IMG/VR virus record: IMGVR_UViG_3300023174_000293
Coordinates: 1 to 43,173 of that record
Direction: 5' to 3' (one strand)
Length of the DNA stretch: 43,173 bases
Origin: a virus
Taxonomy: Duplodnaviria > Caudoviricetes
Part shown: positions 6,544 through 13,828 of the stretch, in pieces
Layout: every line of letters begins with the position of its first letter
Numbering within the stretch: position 1 is the stretch's first letter
Program-made: the position numbers and the translations under genes
Notes under the pieces: model-generated
The model's input: the letters and a program-made list of their open reading frames with translations, nothing else
Databases searched by the model: none
What the model was told of the DNA's origin: nothing

Positions 6544-6832
6544 AGATAGTGGCGGAACAACCTTCCTTATAGGGGTAACGCACAATGGTGATGAAGAGTC
6601 ATTATTGGTTGGAGTAATAATATGTAGTGTAAGTCTATGGAGGATTGTGGGTCGTACAACCTATAATCCAAGCGTAACGACATCGTAGCTAAATATATAT
6701 GATATATCGTAGGTCGTTGTGGGAAACCAATCCCATCAATTATTAACATAGAGAGTAATTAACTTTATGGATTGTGGATGAATAACATAGCATATTGTGA
6801 AACTTGGAGGTAATCATTAGTCCTTCCTATTT
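6544..6832 (+). ncRNA. Putative ~290-nt structured RNA
   Basis: ORF-free; AGATAG/CTATTT ends; hairpins GGATTGTGGGT/ACCTATAATCC, ATTATT/AATAAT, GTAACGAC/GTCGTTGT. Confidence 0.45.
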
Positions 6833-6841
6833 GTATTTAAT

Positions 6842-6914
6842 GCGGGTCAGATGTAACTAGAGCATGCTCACATTCCAGTGAGTTGGTGAGGTGCGATTCC
6901 TCAGACCTGCTCCA
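6842..6914 (+). tRNA. trnG: Atypical tRNA-Gly(UCC) with a 6-nt anticodon loop and T-loop TGCGATT
   Basis: GCGGGTC/GACCTGC-T-CCA; CTCAC-ATTCCA-GTGAG. Confidence 0.72.
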
Positions 6915-6922
6915 ATTTTAAC

Positions 6923-6997
6923 GGTCCATTAGTCTAGTGGTTATGACACTGCCCTTTCACGGCGGGGACAAGAGTTCGATTCTCTTATGGACTACCA
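6923..6997 (+). tRNA. trnE: tRNA-Glu(UUC)
   Basis: GGTCCAT/ATGGACT-A-CCA; CTGCC-CT-TTC-AC-GGCGG. Confidence 0.93.
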
Positions 6998-7002
6998 TTT
7001 TT

Positions 7003-7060
7003 AGAGTATGGAAGTTCTCTTAAAAAACTTCTTGGTTGCGGGGTTAGCAAATGGTATACT
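7003..7060 (+). ncRNA. Small three-way-junction RNA resembling 1147-1193
   Basis: AGAGTAT/ATACTCT enclosing GAAGTT/AACTTC and TTGC/GCAA hairpins. Confidence 0.4.
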
Positions 7061-7274
7061 CTGTTTGTTGGGTGGATAGAGTATTCAATAGATACACCCA
7101 ACACAATTTTTACGGTTCTTTTGATAATTTTAGTTGGTGGAAAATAGAGTATCAGATTGATGGAACGCTGAAAATCGTACAAACCTGAGAAAAAAATGAT
7201 AATTGTGAGTCAATAAAAAACGCTAGTTCGTTGAAATAAACCTCCGTGTATTATCGAAACCAACACAATTTAAT

Positions 7275-7351
7275 AGCTGGCGGCAGGTTAGATCTGGGGG
7301 TGGCTCATAACCATTCATTAAGTAGGTGCGATTCCTACGCTTCAGCAACCA
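7275..7351 (+). tRNA. trnM: tRNA-Met(CAU), possibly initiator-like, with atypical acceptor and D arms
   Basis: 1:72 mismatch, GCTGG/TCAGC, A-CCA; GGTGG-CT-CAT-AA-CCATT; T-loop TGCGATT. Confidence 0.7.
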
Positions 7352-7358
7352 TTTTAAT

Positions 7359-7430
7359 TGGAGCGCTTTCAGCAAAGAAACAGGTTTCATAAGCCAGTTT
7401 AAGTGGGGGCAGCACCCACCGTTCCAACCA
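7359..7430 (+). tRNA. tRNA with CAU anticodon (Met or Ile2), T-loop GGCAGCA
   Basis: TGGAGCG/CGTTCCA-A-CCA; loop TT-CAT-AA; GTGGG/CCCAC T-stem. Confidence 0.7.
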
Positions 7431-7434
7431 TTTA

Positions 7435-7514
7435 CGCCCGGAGAATACCCGATTAATAGGACACTTGAGTTGGTTCCCCACCAGAGGATTAAAGCGCCAA
7501 TTAAAAGACCGGCG
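7435..7514 (+). ncRNA. Putative small structured RNA
   Basis: CGCCCGG/CCGGCG ends; TTGGT/GCCAA inner stem; GC-rich island between a tRNA and an ORF. Confidence 0.35.
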
Positions 7515-7592
7515 ACAATTTTAGTTTTTTGAAATTTTAACTTTGGTGTAAATAAAATGTATTCTTGATTGGCTCTCTAATATATATTAGAT

Positions 7593-8372
7593 ATGACTAA
7601 AGAAGAATACTATTTAAATCCAAATAAATGTAAAGTTTGTAATTCTATAATAGAATATAACTCTAGAGCTAGAGTAAGAAACAGAAAATATTGTAATTTA
7701 CAATGCTCTGGAAAATCAAAAATTCAATTATCTATTGAAGAATATGAAAAAAATCCATTAAAATGTTGTGAATGTAATCAAATAGTTTTATTTTCTAAAA
7801 AAAGAAAACGAAAAAGCGTACATTTTTGTGGCAACAAGTGTGCGGCAATTTATAGAGGTAGAAACTTTAAGTTAAGTGAGGCTGGACTAAAAAGTTTAAT
7901 AGAAAAACATAAGGTAATACAAAAAAAAGTTTGGACTAAAGAAAAAAGATTAGAACATTCATTAAAAATGAAGAAAGCAGTGAATGACAATCCTGATTCT
8001 TATTCTAGTAAAAATGTTTGTGGTAGAGTTAAAACAATTAAGACTATAGATAGTCTAGGCAATGAAACTAGTTGTCTTGGTAAATGGGAACTATTAGTAA
8101 TAGATTTTTTAAACAAAAACAATATAAGATGGACAAATAAGATTGATGAAAATTTCCAATATTATTGGAATGGGTCTTACCACAGATATTTTCCAGACTT
8201 TAAATTGTTAGATTATGATAATGTCTTTATTGAAGTTAAGGGATATGAAAGAGATAGAGACAAAGCTAAGTGGGAACAATTTCCACATAAACTAATAATT
8301 ATAAAAAAAGAAGAAATTGAAAAATTAAAAACAAATAAATTTCACTTGACTTTTGAAAAGTTGGCAGTATAG
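7593..8372 (+). CDS. PD-(D/E)xK (TnsA-like) endonuclease with Zn-finger repeats
   Basis: CKVC, YCNLQC, FCGNKC; GKWELLV...YFPDFKL...FIEVKG. Confidence 0.85.
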   Translation: MTKEEYYLNPNKCKVCNSIIEYNSRARVRNRKYCNLQCSGKSKIQLSIEEYEKNPLKCCECNQIVLFSKKRKRKSVHFCGNKCAAIYRGRNFKLSEAGLKSLIEKHKVIQKKVWTKEKRLEHSLKMKKAVNDNPDSYSSKNVCGRVKTIKTIDSLGNETSCLGKWELLVIDFLNKNNIRWTNKIDENFQYYWNGSYHRYFPDFKLLDYDNVFIEVKGYERDRDKAKWEQFPHKLIIIKKEEIEKLKTNKFHLTFEKLAV

Positions 8373-8373
8373 T
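8346..8373 (+). promoter_or_regulatory. Sigma70-like promoter
   Basis: TTGACT-N16-TATAGT upstream of tRNA-Ile(UAU). Confidence 0.5.
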
Positions 8374-8412
8374 TAGTATATAAGATTTGATGTTTTTTAA
8401 AAAAACTTTAGT

Positions 8413-8489
8413 GGTCCTGTAGCTCAACAGAGCAGAGCAATCAGTTTATAACTGATAGGTTATGGGTTCGAAGCCCATTGGGACCACCA
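8413..8489 (+). tRNA. trnI: tRNA-Ile(UAU)
   Basis: GGTCCTG/TGGGACC-A-CCA; ATCAG-TT-TAT-AA-CTGAT. Confidence 0.88.
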
Positions 8490-8496
8490 AATTTAT

Positions 8497-8580
8497 GGCT
8501 ATGTGATGGAATGGCAGACATCCGGTTCTCAAAAAACCGTGCAGAAATGCGTGCTGGTTCAAGTCCAGCCATAGCCACCA
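8497..8580 (+). tRNA. trnL: tRNA-Leu(CAA)
   Basis: GGCTATG/CATAGCC-A-CCA; CGGTT-CT-CAA-AA-AACCG; long variable arm. Confidence 0.93.
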
Positions 8581-8597
8581 TTTTCTGAAAAACTTGT

Positions 8598-8656
8598 TTG
8601 ACAAGTAAGTAAGATGTGGTAAGATAAAAGAGTAGTAAGTGATAGTTCTTTAAAAA
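8598..8656 (+). promoter_or_regulatory. Sigma70-like promoter followed by a boxA-like element
   Basis: TTGACA-N16-TAAGAT with TGn extension; GTTCTTTAAAAA at 8645-8656. Confidence 0.6.
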
Positions 8657-8667
8657 TTTTAAAAAAT

Positions 8668-9110
8668 GCCACCGTGATGAAATTGGCAGACATAAGGGAC
8701 TCAATGTTGTAATGACAATGCGGGTCCATACAATGGAAACATTGTATGAGTATGGTGTAAATTCGGTGAACGGGTAACAATGACAGATTTCAAAAGAATC
8801 TGCAATATGTAAATATATGTCCCCAACGCCGAGCCAAGCTGTAGAAATACAGAAGGTGTAGAGACTATAATCACCTATCTAAAGTTGTGTAGAACGGATA
8901 GTTTCAACTATCGTAATCACACACAAATATGATAAAGGCATAGTCCAGACCACAAACAAAATTAGTTCGCAAGACGGGTATCAAACTTCTCAATGCTGTT
9001 ATATGGCGAGAATAAGGGTATTTTTTAATTTTGGTAGTGAACACTATAGTGGTAGGTAAAATCCCTCGGCCCATAAAGCCATGCCGGTTCAAGTCCGGCC
9101 GGTGGTACCA
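8668..9110 (+). tRNA. trnL: tRNA-Leu(UAA) split by a group I intron (exons 8668-8701 and 9057-9110)
   Basis: GCCACCG/CGGTGGT-A-CCA; spliced anticodon arm AGGGA-CT|TAA-AA-TCCCT. Confidence 0.85.
8702..9056 (+). mobile_element. Group I intron (IC3-like, 355 nt, no ORF)
   Basis: P1 GGACT/GGTCC with a U-G pair at the 5' splice site; core motifs AAATTCGGTGAA, AACGCCGAGC, GTGTAGAGACTA, AGGCATAGTCC; terminal G at 9056. Confidence 0.88.
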
Positions 9111-9114
9111 ATTT

Positions 9115-9148
9115 AAAAAGCCAAACATTAAGTTGTTTGGCTTTTTTT
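9115..9148 (+). terminator. Intrinsic terminator ending tRNA block 1
   Basis: AAAAAGCCAAACA-ttaagt-TGTTTGGCTTTTTTT. Confidence 0.85.
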
Positions 9149-9356
9149 GTGCGTATATGTGGTCTAAAAAAACGTGGGGTTTGAAAAAAGTTAATAATAT
9201 GTATCAGTGGAAAAAGTCGTTGACAATTATGTTGTTTGACGGTATATTGTCCATATACATGATTGAGTGTGAATCTTTTGGTTCATATTAGTCTATAACA
9301 AACTTAATGAGTGTTAAGGTAGTTATAAAAAATGTAGTAACGAAAGAAAATAAAAT

Positions 9357-10058
9357 ATGAAGAAGATTGTATCATTGTTGGCAGTTCTTTTTGCTGCCAT
9401 TTCGCTTAATGGAGCTGACACTACGAGTGTAGGTGTTGACGCTGGATATAACAATAACTATATTGTTAACGGTGTATCTGTTGCTAAGGACTCTGGATAT
9501 GCAGGACTCAATGCGTTTAAGTCGTTGAAGTATGCTGATGTATATGCTGGAACAGTTCTTGTTGCGGATGGATCAAATGACCAATCACATTGGTTGTTTG
9601 GTGCTGGAAAGAATCTTTATACTATTAAGGATTTTACCGCACGTGCCGATGCGTCAGTGCAACGTCATCAAACATCATCAATTGGCATTGTTAACTCCAC
9701 TGAGTTTGGTGTTAAGTTGTCTGTACCAAACAAGTGGGTAACTCCATATGTTCGTGGTGCTTTCAACGTTGAGTTGGAACAGAACGGATACTTTTTTGGA
9801 GCCGAACGTGCCCAGAAGTTGCTTTGGGGAACTGTTGTTACTCCATCCGTCGAGTGGGGCAAGTCAACCTCGTATGAGGCATATAACGTTAAGGCAACTT
9901 TGACCCGTCCGGTTACTTTTGCTTGGGGAACAGTTACTCCTTATGCTGAAGTTGGTTTGTATAATAACAATGTATTTGATAATGGTCCTAAGGTTTACGC
10001 ATTGACTCGTTTTGATAACGATGTTGTTTATAGTGCTGGACTTAAGTTGAGCTTCTAA
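9357..10058 (+). CDS. Outer-membrane beta-barrel protein
   Basis: Signal peptide MKKIVSLLAVLFAAISLNG; amphipathic beta-strands; C-terminal YSAGLKLSF BAM signal. Confidence 0.8.
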   Translation: MKKIVSLLAVLFAAISLNGADTTSVGVDAGYNNNYIVNGVSVAKDSGYAGLNAFKSLKYADVYAGTVLVADGSNDQSHWLFGAGKNLYTIKDFTARADASVQRHQTSSIGIVNSTEFGVKLSVPNKWVTPYVRGAFNVELEQNGYFFGAERAQKLLWGTVVTPSVEWGKSTSYEAYNVKATLTRPVTFAWGTVTPYAEVGLYNNNVFDNGPKVYALTRFDNDVVYSAGLKLSF

Positions 10059-10083
10059 TAGTTTAAGTTAAAAATTGACAAAT

Positions 10084-10114
10084 AACCGGCGATGATGTAA
10101 TGTCATTGCCGGTT
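10084..10114 (+). terminator. Hairpin, probable terminator
   Basis: AACCGGCGATGAT/GTCATTGCCGGTT. Confidence 0.55.
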
Positions 10115-10136
10115 AATTATTTATAGACACAAATAT

Positions 10137-10373
10137 ATGGCACACTTCATTAAACTAAATGTACTTGATCCTAGTCACGATGGTAATACAAAGCAACGTG
10201 AGTATAATCCAAATTTGATTAATTTGGACATGGTGGTTAATATAGAACCATCTAAGGTTCATAGTTTGATCTTTGTTAAGAATCGACACGAACCAATTCG
10301 TGTTAGAGAATCGCTTGATGAAATTTTAAAACTTAGCAGCAATTGTTGTGACAAGCCACGGTTGAATGGATAA
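10137..10373 (+). CDS. FlbD-like small protein
   Basis: FIKL...INLDMVVNIE...IRVRESLDEI pattern. Confidence 0.55.
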   Translation: MAHFIKLNVLDPSHDGNTKQREYNPNLINLDMVVNIEPSKVHSLIFVKNRHEPIRVRESLDEILKLSSNCCDKPRLNG

Positions 10374-11000
10374 TTACCAAATCCATCCAATTTGATATTC
10401 ATCAAAATACGGAGTTTTATTGATGTCATTCATATACTCCGCAATATATTTTCCTTTTCCTCTTCCGTGATCGTGATCATCAACTACGATTAAAGTACCG
10501 GATTTTAGTTTTGGTTGTATAGATAACAGTTCTTTAAAATGATGTAATGCACTTGGATGTGGATTATTCCAATCCACATCATATGAATCTAAATATAATA
10601 AATCGATTGAGGGCAAATTTGAATTATTGGAAATAGAATTTAATGCAATGACACTATCTGAACAAAGTATTGTAGATTTACTACTCAATAATGGAGCAGT
10701 AAAATCACATTTATTTTGATCTATATCAATGGATATTAACATTCCAGATTTTTTAAAAAAATGTAGATATTCATCAAACAATAAAGTGCTATGACCATCA
10801 CCTGTATAATTGTCTATCATTCGACTGATGCCGGTTTCAACAATTAATGGAGAACTGATATTATCAAGATATCTGAACATTTTTTTGAAAGTAGAAAACC
10901 TGTGTGACAAACCTTGATAATTTTCAAAATATTCATCGTGTGACATATTTGATTTTATATTATTATTTTGATTTTGTTTATAATATTCGTGATAGTTCAT
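10374..11000 (-). CDS. Class I SAM-dependent methyltransferase (Methyltransf_24-like)
   Basis: IVETG...LISIDID...DSV...IDLLYLDS...GTLIVVDD. Confidence 0.8.
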   Translation of the reverse strand: MNYHEYYKQNQNNNIKSNMSHDEYFENYQGLSHRFSTFKKMFRYLDNISSPLIVETGISRMIDNYTGDGHSTLLFDEYLHFFKKSGMLISIDIDQNKCDFTAPLLSSKSTILCSDSVIALNSISNNSNLPSIDLLYLDSYDVDWNNPHPSALHHFKELLSIQPKLKSGTLIVVDDHDHGRGKGKYIAEYMNDINKTPYFDEYQIGWIW

Positions 11001-11065
11001 GTAGTATTATATAGTTTTTAAATTCAAATATCGTTTTAATATTTTTTATTGATAGTTAGTTTTGT

Positions 11066-11998
11066 ATGAATACAAACTCCAAAATATATGTAGCTGGTCA
11101 TAATGGAATGGTGGGATCTGCAATATGGAGATCGTTGATTAAAAAAGGATACACAAATATATCGGGGGTTCGAAGTAACTTTTTGAACTTAATTAATCAA
11201 CATGAAGTTAATTCCTTTTTCGACGTAACAAAACCCGAGTATGTTATTATTGCTGCCGCACATGTTGGTGGAATTGTTGCAAATAGTACATACCCAGCTG
11301 AATTTATATACAACAATCTTCAAATTCAAAATAATATCATTGATGCTTCGTATAGACATGGTGTTAAAAAACTATTGTTTTTAGGAAGTAGTTGTATTTA
11401 TCCCAAGTTAGCAGAACAACCTATTAAAGAAGAATATCTATTGACCGGTCAATTAGAGACTACAAATCAATGGTATGCAATTGCAAAAATTGCAGGAATA
11501 AAAACATGTCAAGCATATCGTGAACAATATGGATGTGATTTTATTAGTGCAATGCCATGTAATTTGTACGGTAACAATGACAATTTTGATCTTAACAGTT
11601 CACATGTATTACCAGCGTTAATTAGAAAGTTTCATGAAGCAAAGATTTACAATAAGCCACAAGTTGTTTGTTGGGGAACCGGTAGTCCACTAAGAGAGTT
11701 TTTGTATGTCGATGATTTGGCCGAAGCATGTGTATTCTTGATGGAAAACTACAGCGAATCTAATCATATCAACGTCGGATATGGCGATGACATTACTATT
11801 AAACAAGCATCTGAGATTGTATGTGATGTTGTAGGATATGAAGGTGAAATTGTTTGGGATACATCAAAACCAGATGGAACTCCACGAAAAGTTATGGATA
11901 GTTCTCGTATCAAAAATATGGGATGGAAGCCAACAACAACATTACGTGACGGATTAGAAAAAACTTACTATTGGTTCAAAAATAATGTACGTTTGTAA
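11066..11998 (+). CDS. fcl: GDP-L-fucose synthase
   Basis: IYVAGHNGMVGSA; AAAHVGGI; FLGSSCIYP; YAIAKIAG; NLYG; GTGSPLREFLYVDDLA; KPDGTPRK. Confidence 0.96.
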   Translation: MNTNSKIYVAGHNGMVGSAIWRSLIKKGYTNISGVRSNFLNLINQHEVNSFFDVTKPEYVIIAAAHVGGIVANSTYPAEFIYNNLQIQNNIIDASYRHGVKKLLFLGSSCIYPKLAEQPIKEEYLLTGQLETTNQWYAIAKIAGIKTCQAYREQYGCDFISAMPCNLYGNNDNFDLNSSHVLPALIRKFHEAKIYNKPQVVCWGTGSPLREFLYVDDLAEACVFLMENYSESNHINVGYGDDITIKQASEIVCDVVGYEGEIVWDTSKPDGTPRKVMDSSRIKNMGWKPTTTLRDGLEKTYYWFKNNVRL

Positions 11999-12022
11999 AA
12001 TTTGATGATATGTATTGTCAGA

Positions 12023-12097
12023 ATGAATATTTCATCCGTACAGTCAAGTGTAGCCAATGGACAACCAAGTCCATCACTACTCCCTAGCGCAAGCTAA
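12023..12097 (+). CDS. Putative attenuator leader peptide for tRNA block 2 (MNISSVQSSVANGQPSPSLLPSAS)
   Basis: 24-codon ORF; 20 of 23 non-start codons are S/V/Q/A/G/P/L, exactly the amino acids of block-2 tRNAs; followed by antiterminator and terminator. Confidence 0.75.
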   Translation: MNISSVQSSVANGQPSPSLLPSAS

Positions 12098-12101
12098 ACT
12101 A

Positions 12102-12141
12102 GACTAACGGTAAGAATTGCTTAAATAACAAACCGTTGGTC
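12102..12141 (+). promoter_or_regulatory. Antiterminator hairpin of attenuator 2
   Basis: GACTAACGGT (12102-12111) pairs over 10 bp with ACCGTTGGTC (12132-12141), the 5' arm of the terminator. Confidence 0.75.
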
Positions 12142-12165
12142 CAAAAGGCCAACGGTTTTTTGTTT
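12130..12165 (+). terminator. Intrinsic terminator of attenuator 2
   Basis: AAACCGTTGGTC-caaaa-GGCCAACGGTTT followed by TTTGTTT. Confidence 0.88.
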
Positions 12166-12171
12166 GATAAA

Positions 12172-12204
12172 GTTCATTGACATTTTGAGATTTAGTGTTA
12201 GTAT
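12172..12204 (+). promoter_or_regulatory. boxA-like element overlapping a possible sigma70 promoter
   Basis: GTTCATTGACAT; TTGACA-N16-TAGTAT. Confidence 0.5.
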
Positions 12205-12221
12205 GTATGAACGGTTGAGAT

Positions 12222-12296
12222 GCACGGTTAGCTCAGTGGTAGAGTAGCAGCCTTACACGCTGTTTGTCGGGGGTTCAAATCCCTCACCGTGTACCA
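12222..12296 (+). tRNA. trnV: tRNA-Val(UAC)
   Basis: GCACGGT/ACCGTGT-A-CCA; GCAGC-CT-TAC-AC-GCTGT. Confidence 0.93.
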
Positions 12297-12367
12297 ATTT
12301 TAATACTAAATTTTATATGGAAAATAACGTTGACAAAGATACTCAATACGAGTATGTTAGAAACAAG

Positions 12368-12481
12368 ATGATGACTGAAAATTATCCGTTGTACGCTTAC
12401 TACACAGCAATTCAAACGGTTGCCGATAGTATTCTCCCTAAACCGGAGACTCGGTACTTGGATATTCTTGGTATTGAGTAA
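12368..12481 (+). CDS. 37-aa hypothetical peptide (MMTENYPLYAYYTAIQTVADSILPKPETRYLDILGIE)
   Basis: Hand translation; follows TTGACA-N17-TATGTT at 12330-12358. Confidence 0.4.
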   Translation: MMTENYPLYAYYTAIQTVADSILPKPETRYLDILGIE

Positions 12482-12599
12482 TTGTTGGTATGGGCTTGAA
12501 ACTCTATCTGGTGTGCCCTTAAACACTTGATCGGTCACTGGGTGTTATGCTGAAATACAGAACCCATCTGGCGATAATGACATAAAGTATATAACAATT
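12480..12599 (+). ncRNA. Putative structured RNA
   Basis: AATTGTT/AACAATT ends; GGGC/GCCC and TGGGT/ACCCA internal stems. Confidence 0.4.
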
Positions 12600-12606
12600 T
12601 TTAAAT

Positions 12607-12682
12607 GGGTGGTTAGCTCAGTTGATAGAGCATTTGCTTTACACGCAAAATGTCATAGGTTTAAATCCTATACCACCTACCA
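12607..12682 (+). tRNA. trnV: tRNA-Val(UAC), second copy, with an A19/U56 elbow
   Basis: GGGTGGT/ACCACCT-A-CCA; TTTGC-TT-TAC-AC-GCAAA; D-loop GA, T-loop TTTAAAT. Confidence 0.88.
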
Positions 12683-12689
12683 TTTTAAT

Positions 12690-12774
12690 CGGAGTGTAGT
12701 CCGTAAATAGGGGCGGGCCAGTTTTGGGAACTGGATCGAAAGACCTGTAGGTGCAAGTCCTATCACTCCGACCA
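12690..12774 (+). tRNA. trnP: tRNA-Pro(UGG) with enlarged variable arm, T-loop TGCAAGT
   Basis: CGGAGTG/CACTCCG-A-CCA; CCAGT-TT-TGG-GA-ACTGG. Confidence 0.85.
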
Positions 12775-12838
12775 CTTTTTAATTAGTTTAAATCATAAAA
12801 GTCTGACTTTGAAAAATTTCAATACTATTTATTAATAT

Positions 12839-13771
12839 ATGAATAAAATTGAAAAAGAAATAAGTAGTAATATTGATAGATTTAAGTTAGTTGTAGATGA
12901 AAGCAATGGAACCGGAGACATTTGCCGTAAATATAATTTTTGTGACAATGGTAAATCAAGAAATTTAATAAAAAAATATATTTATGATTTGAATTTAAAT
13001 ACAAATCATTTTGGTTTAAAAAGTCATCCAAAAAAAAAGTATAAGACAATAAATAAAAAATGTCCTAATTGTCAAAAATTATTTGAAACATTAGAAAATC
13101 ATCCTAGAGAAAAGAAAAGTTGCTCTTATAAATGTGCAAATAATTTCTTTAAAAAAGAATACACTGATGAACGGAAAAAACAAATTAGTGAATCTCTTAG
13201 AAAATATTATGAATCAAATGTTGGTAAGCAAACAATTATAGATAAAAAACAAAATATTGTTCTAAAAAAAGAATGTAAATTTTGTGGAGAATTGTTCCAT
13301 CCAAAACAAAATAAAATAAAATATTGTTCCACATCGTGTACAAAAAAATGTCCTGATTATCGTAAAAAACTAAGTGATTCAACTAAACAACGAGTTATAA
13401 ACGGAACTCATAATGGTTGGAATTCAAGAAATATAATTTCATATCCAGAACAATTTTTTATGGGTGTATTAATTAATAACAATATTTCATATCAACATAA
13501 TAAACCCGTTGGAAAGTATTTTATAGATTTTGCTATTGTAGAAAAAAAAATAGCATTAGAGATTGATGGAAAGCAACATCAATATGAAAACAGAAAAAAA
13601 TCTGATGAAATAAAAGATAAGTTTTTAACAGAAAATGGATGGAAAGTTTATAGGATTTCTTGGAAATCAATTAACAATGAACTTGGTAAACTTTATATTA
13701 AAGATGAAATAAATAAATTTTTAGAAGTTTATAACGGGCGTATGGTGAAATGGCAGACACGTGAGTCTTAG
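12839..13771 (+). CDS. DUF559/Vsr-like PD-(D/E)xK endonuclease with Zn fingers
   Basis: CPNC, CSYKC, CKFC; SYPE...YFIDFAI...ALEIDGKQH...DKFLTENGWKVYRISW. Confidence 0.85.
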   Translation: MNKIEKEISSNIDRFKLVVDESNGTGDICRKYNFCDNGKSRNLIKKYIYDLNLNTNHFGLKSHPKKKYKTINKKCPNCQKLFETLENHPREKKSCSYKCANNFFKKEYTDERKKQISESLRKYYESNVGKQTIIDKKQNIVLKKECKFCGELFHPKQNKIKYCSTSCTKKCPDYRKKLSDSTKQRVINGTHNGWNSRNIISYPEQFFMGVLINNNISYQHNKPVGKYFIDFAIVEKKIALEIDGKQHQYENRKKSDEIKDKFLTENGWKVYRISWKSINNELGKLYIKDEINKFLEVYNGRMVKWQTRES

Positions 13772-13819
13772 GAACTCATGGAGAAATCCGTGTAGGTTCA
13801 AGTCCTACTACGCCCACCA
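13736..13819 (+). tRNA. trnL: tRNA-Leu(UAG)
   Basis: GGGCGTA/TACGCCC-A-CCA; TGAGT-CT-TAG-GA-ACTCA. Confidence 0.93.
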
Positions 13820-13828
13820 AATTTGCTA

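Noticed and set aside
6544-6832. tmRNA, RNase P RNA or SRP RNA
   Set aside because: No Ala acceptor with T-arm and CCA, no GAGGAAAGTCC and no SRP domain IV motif seen
8668-9110. Calling the intron-containing tRNA Leu(CAA)
   Set aside because: That split gives an intron that neither follows a U nor ends in G; P1 pairing supports UAA
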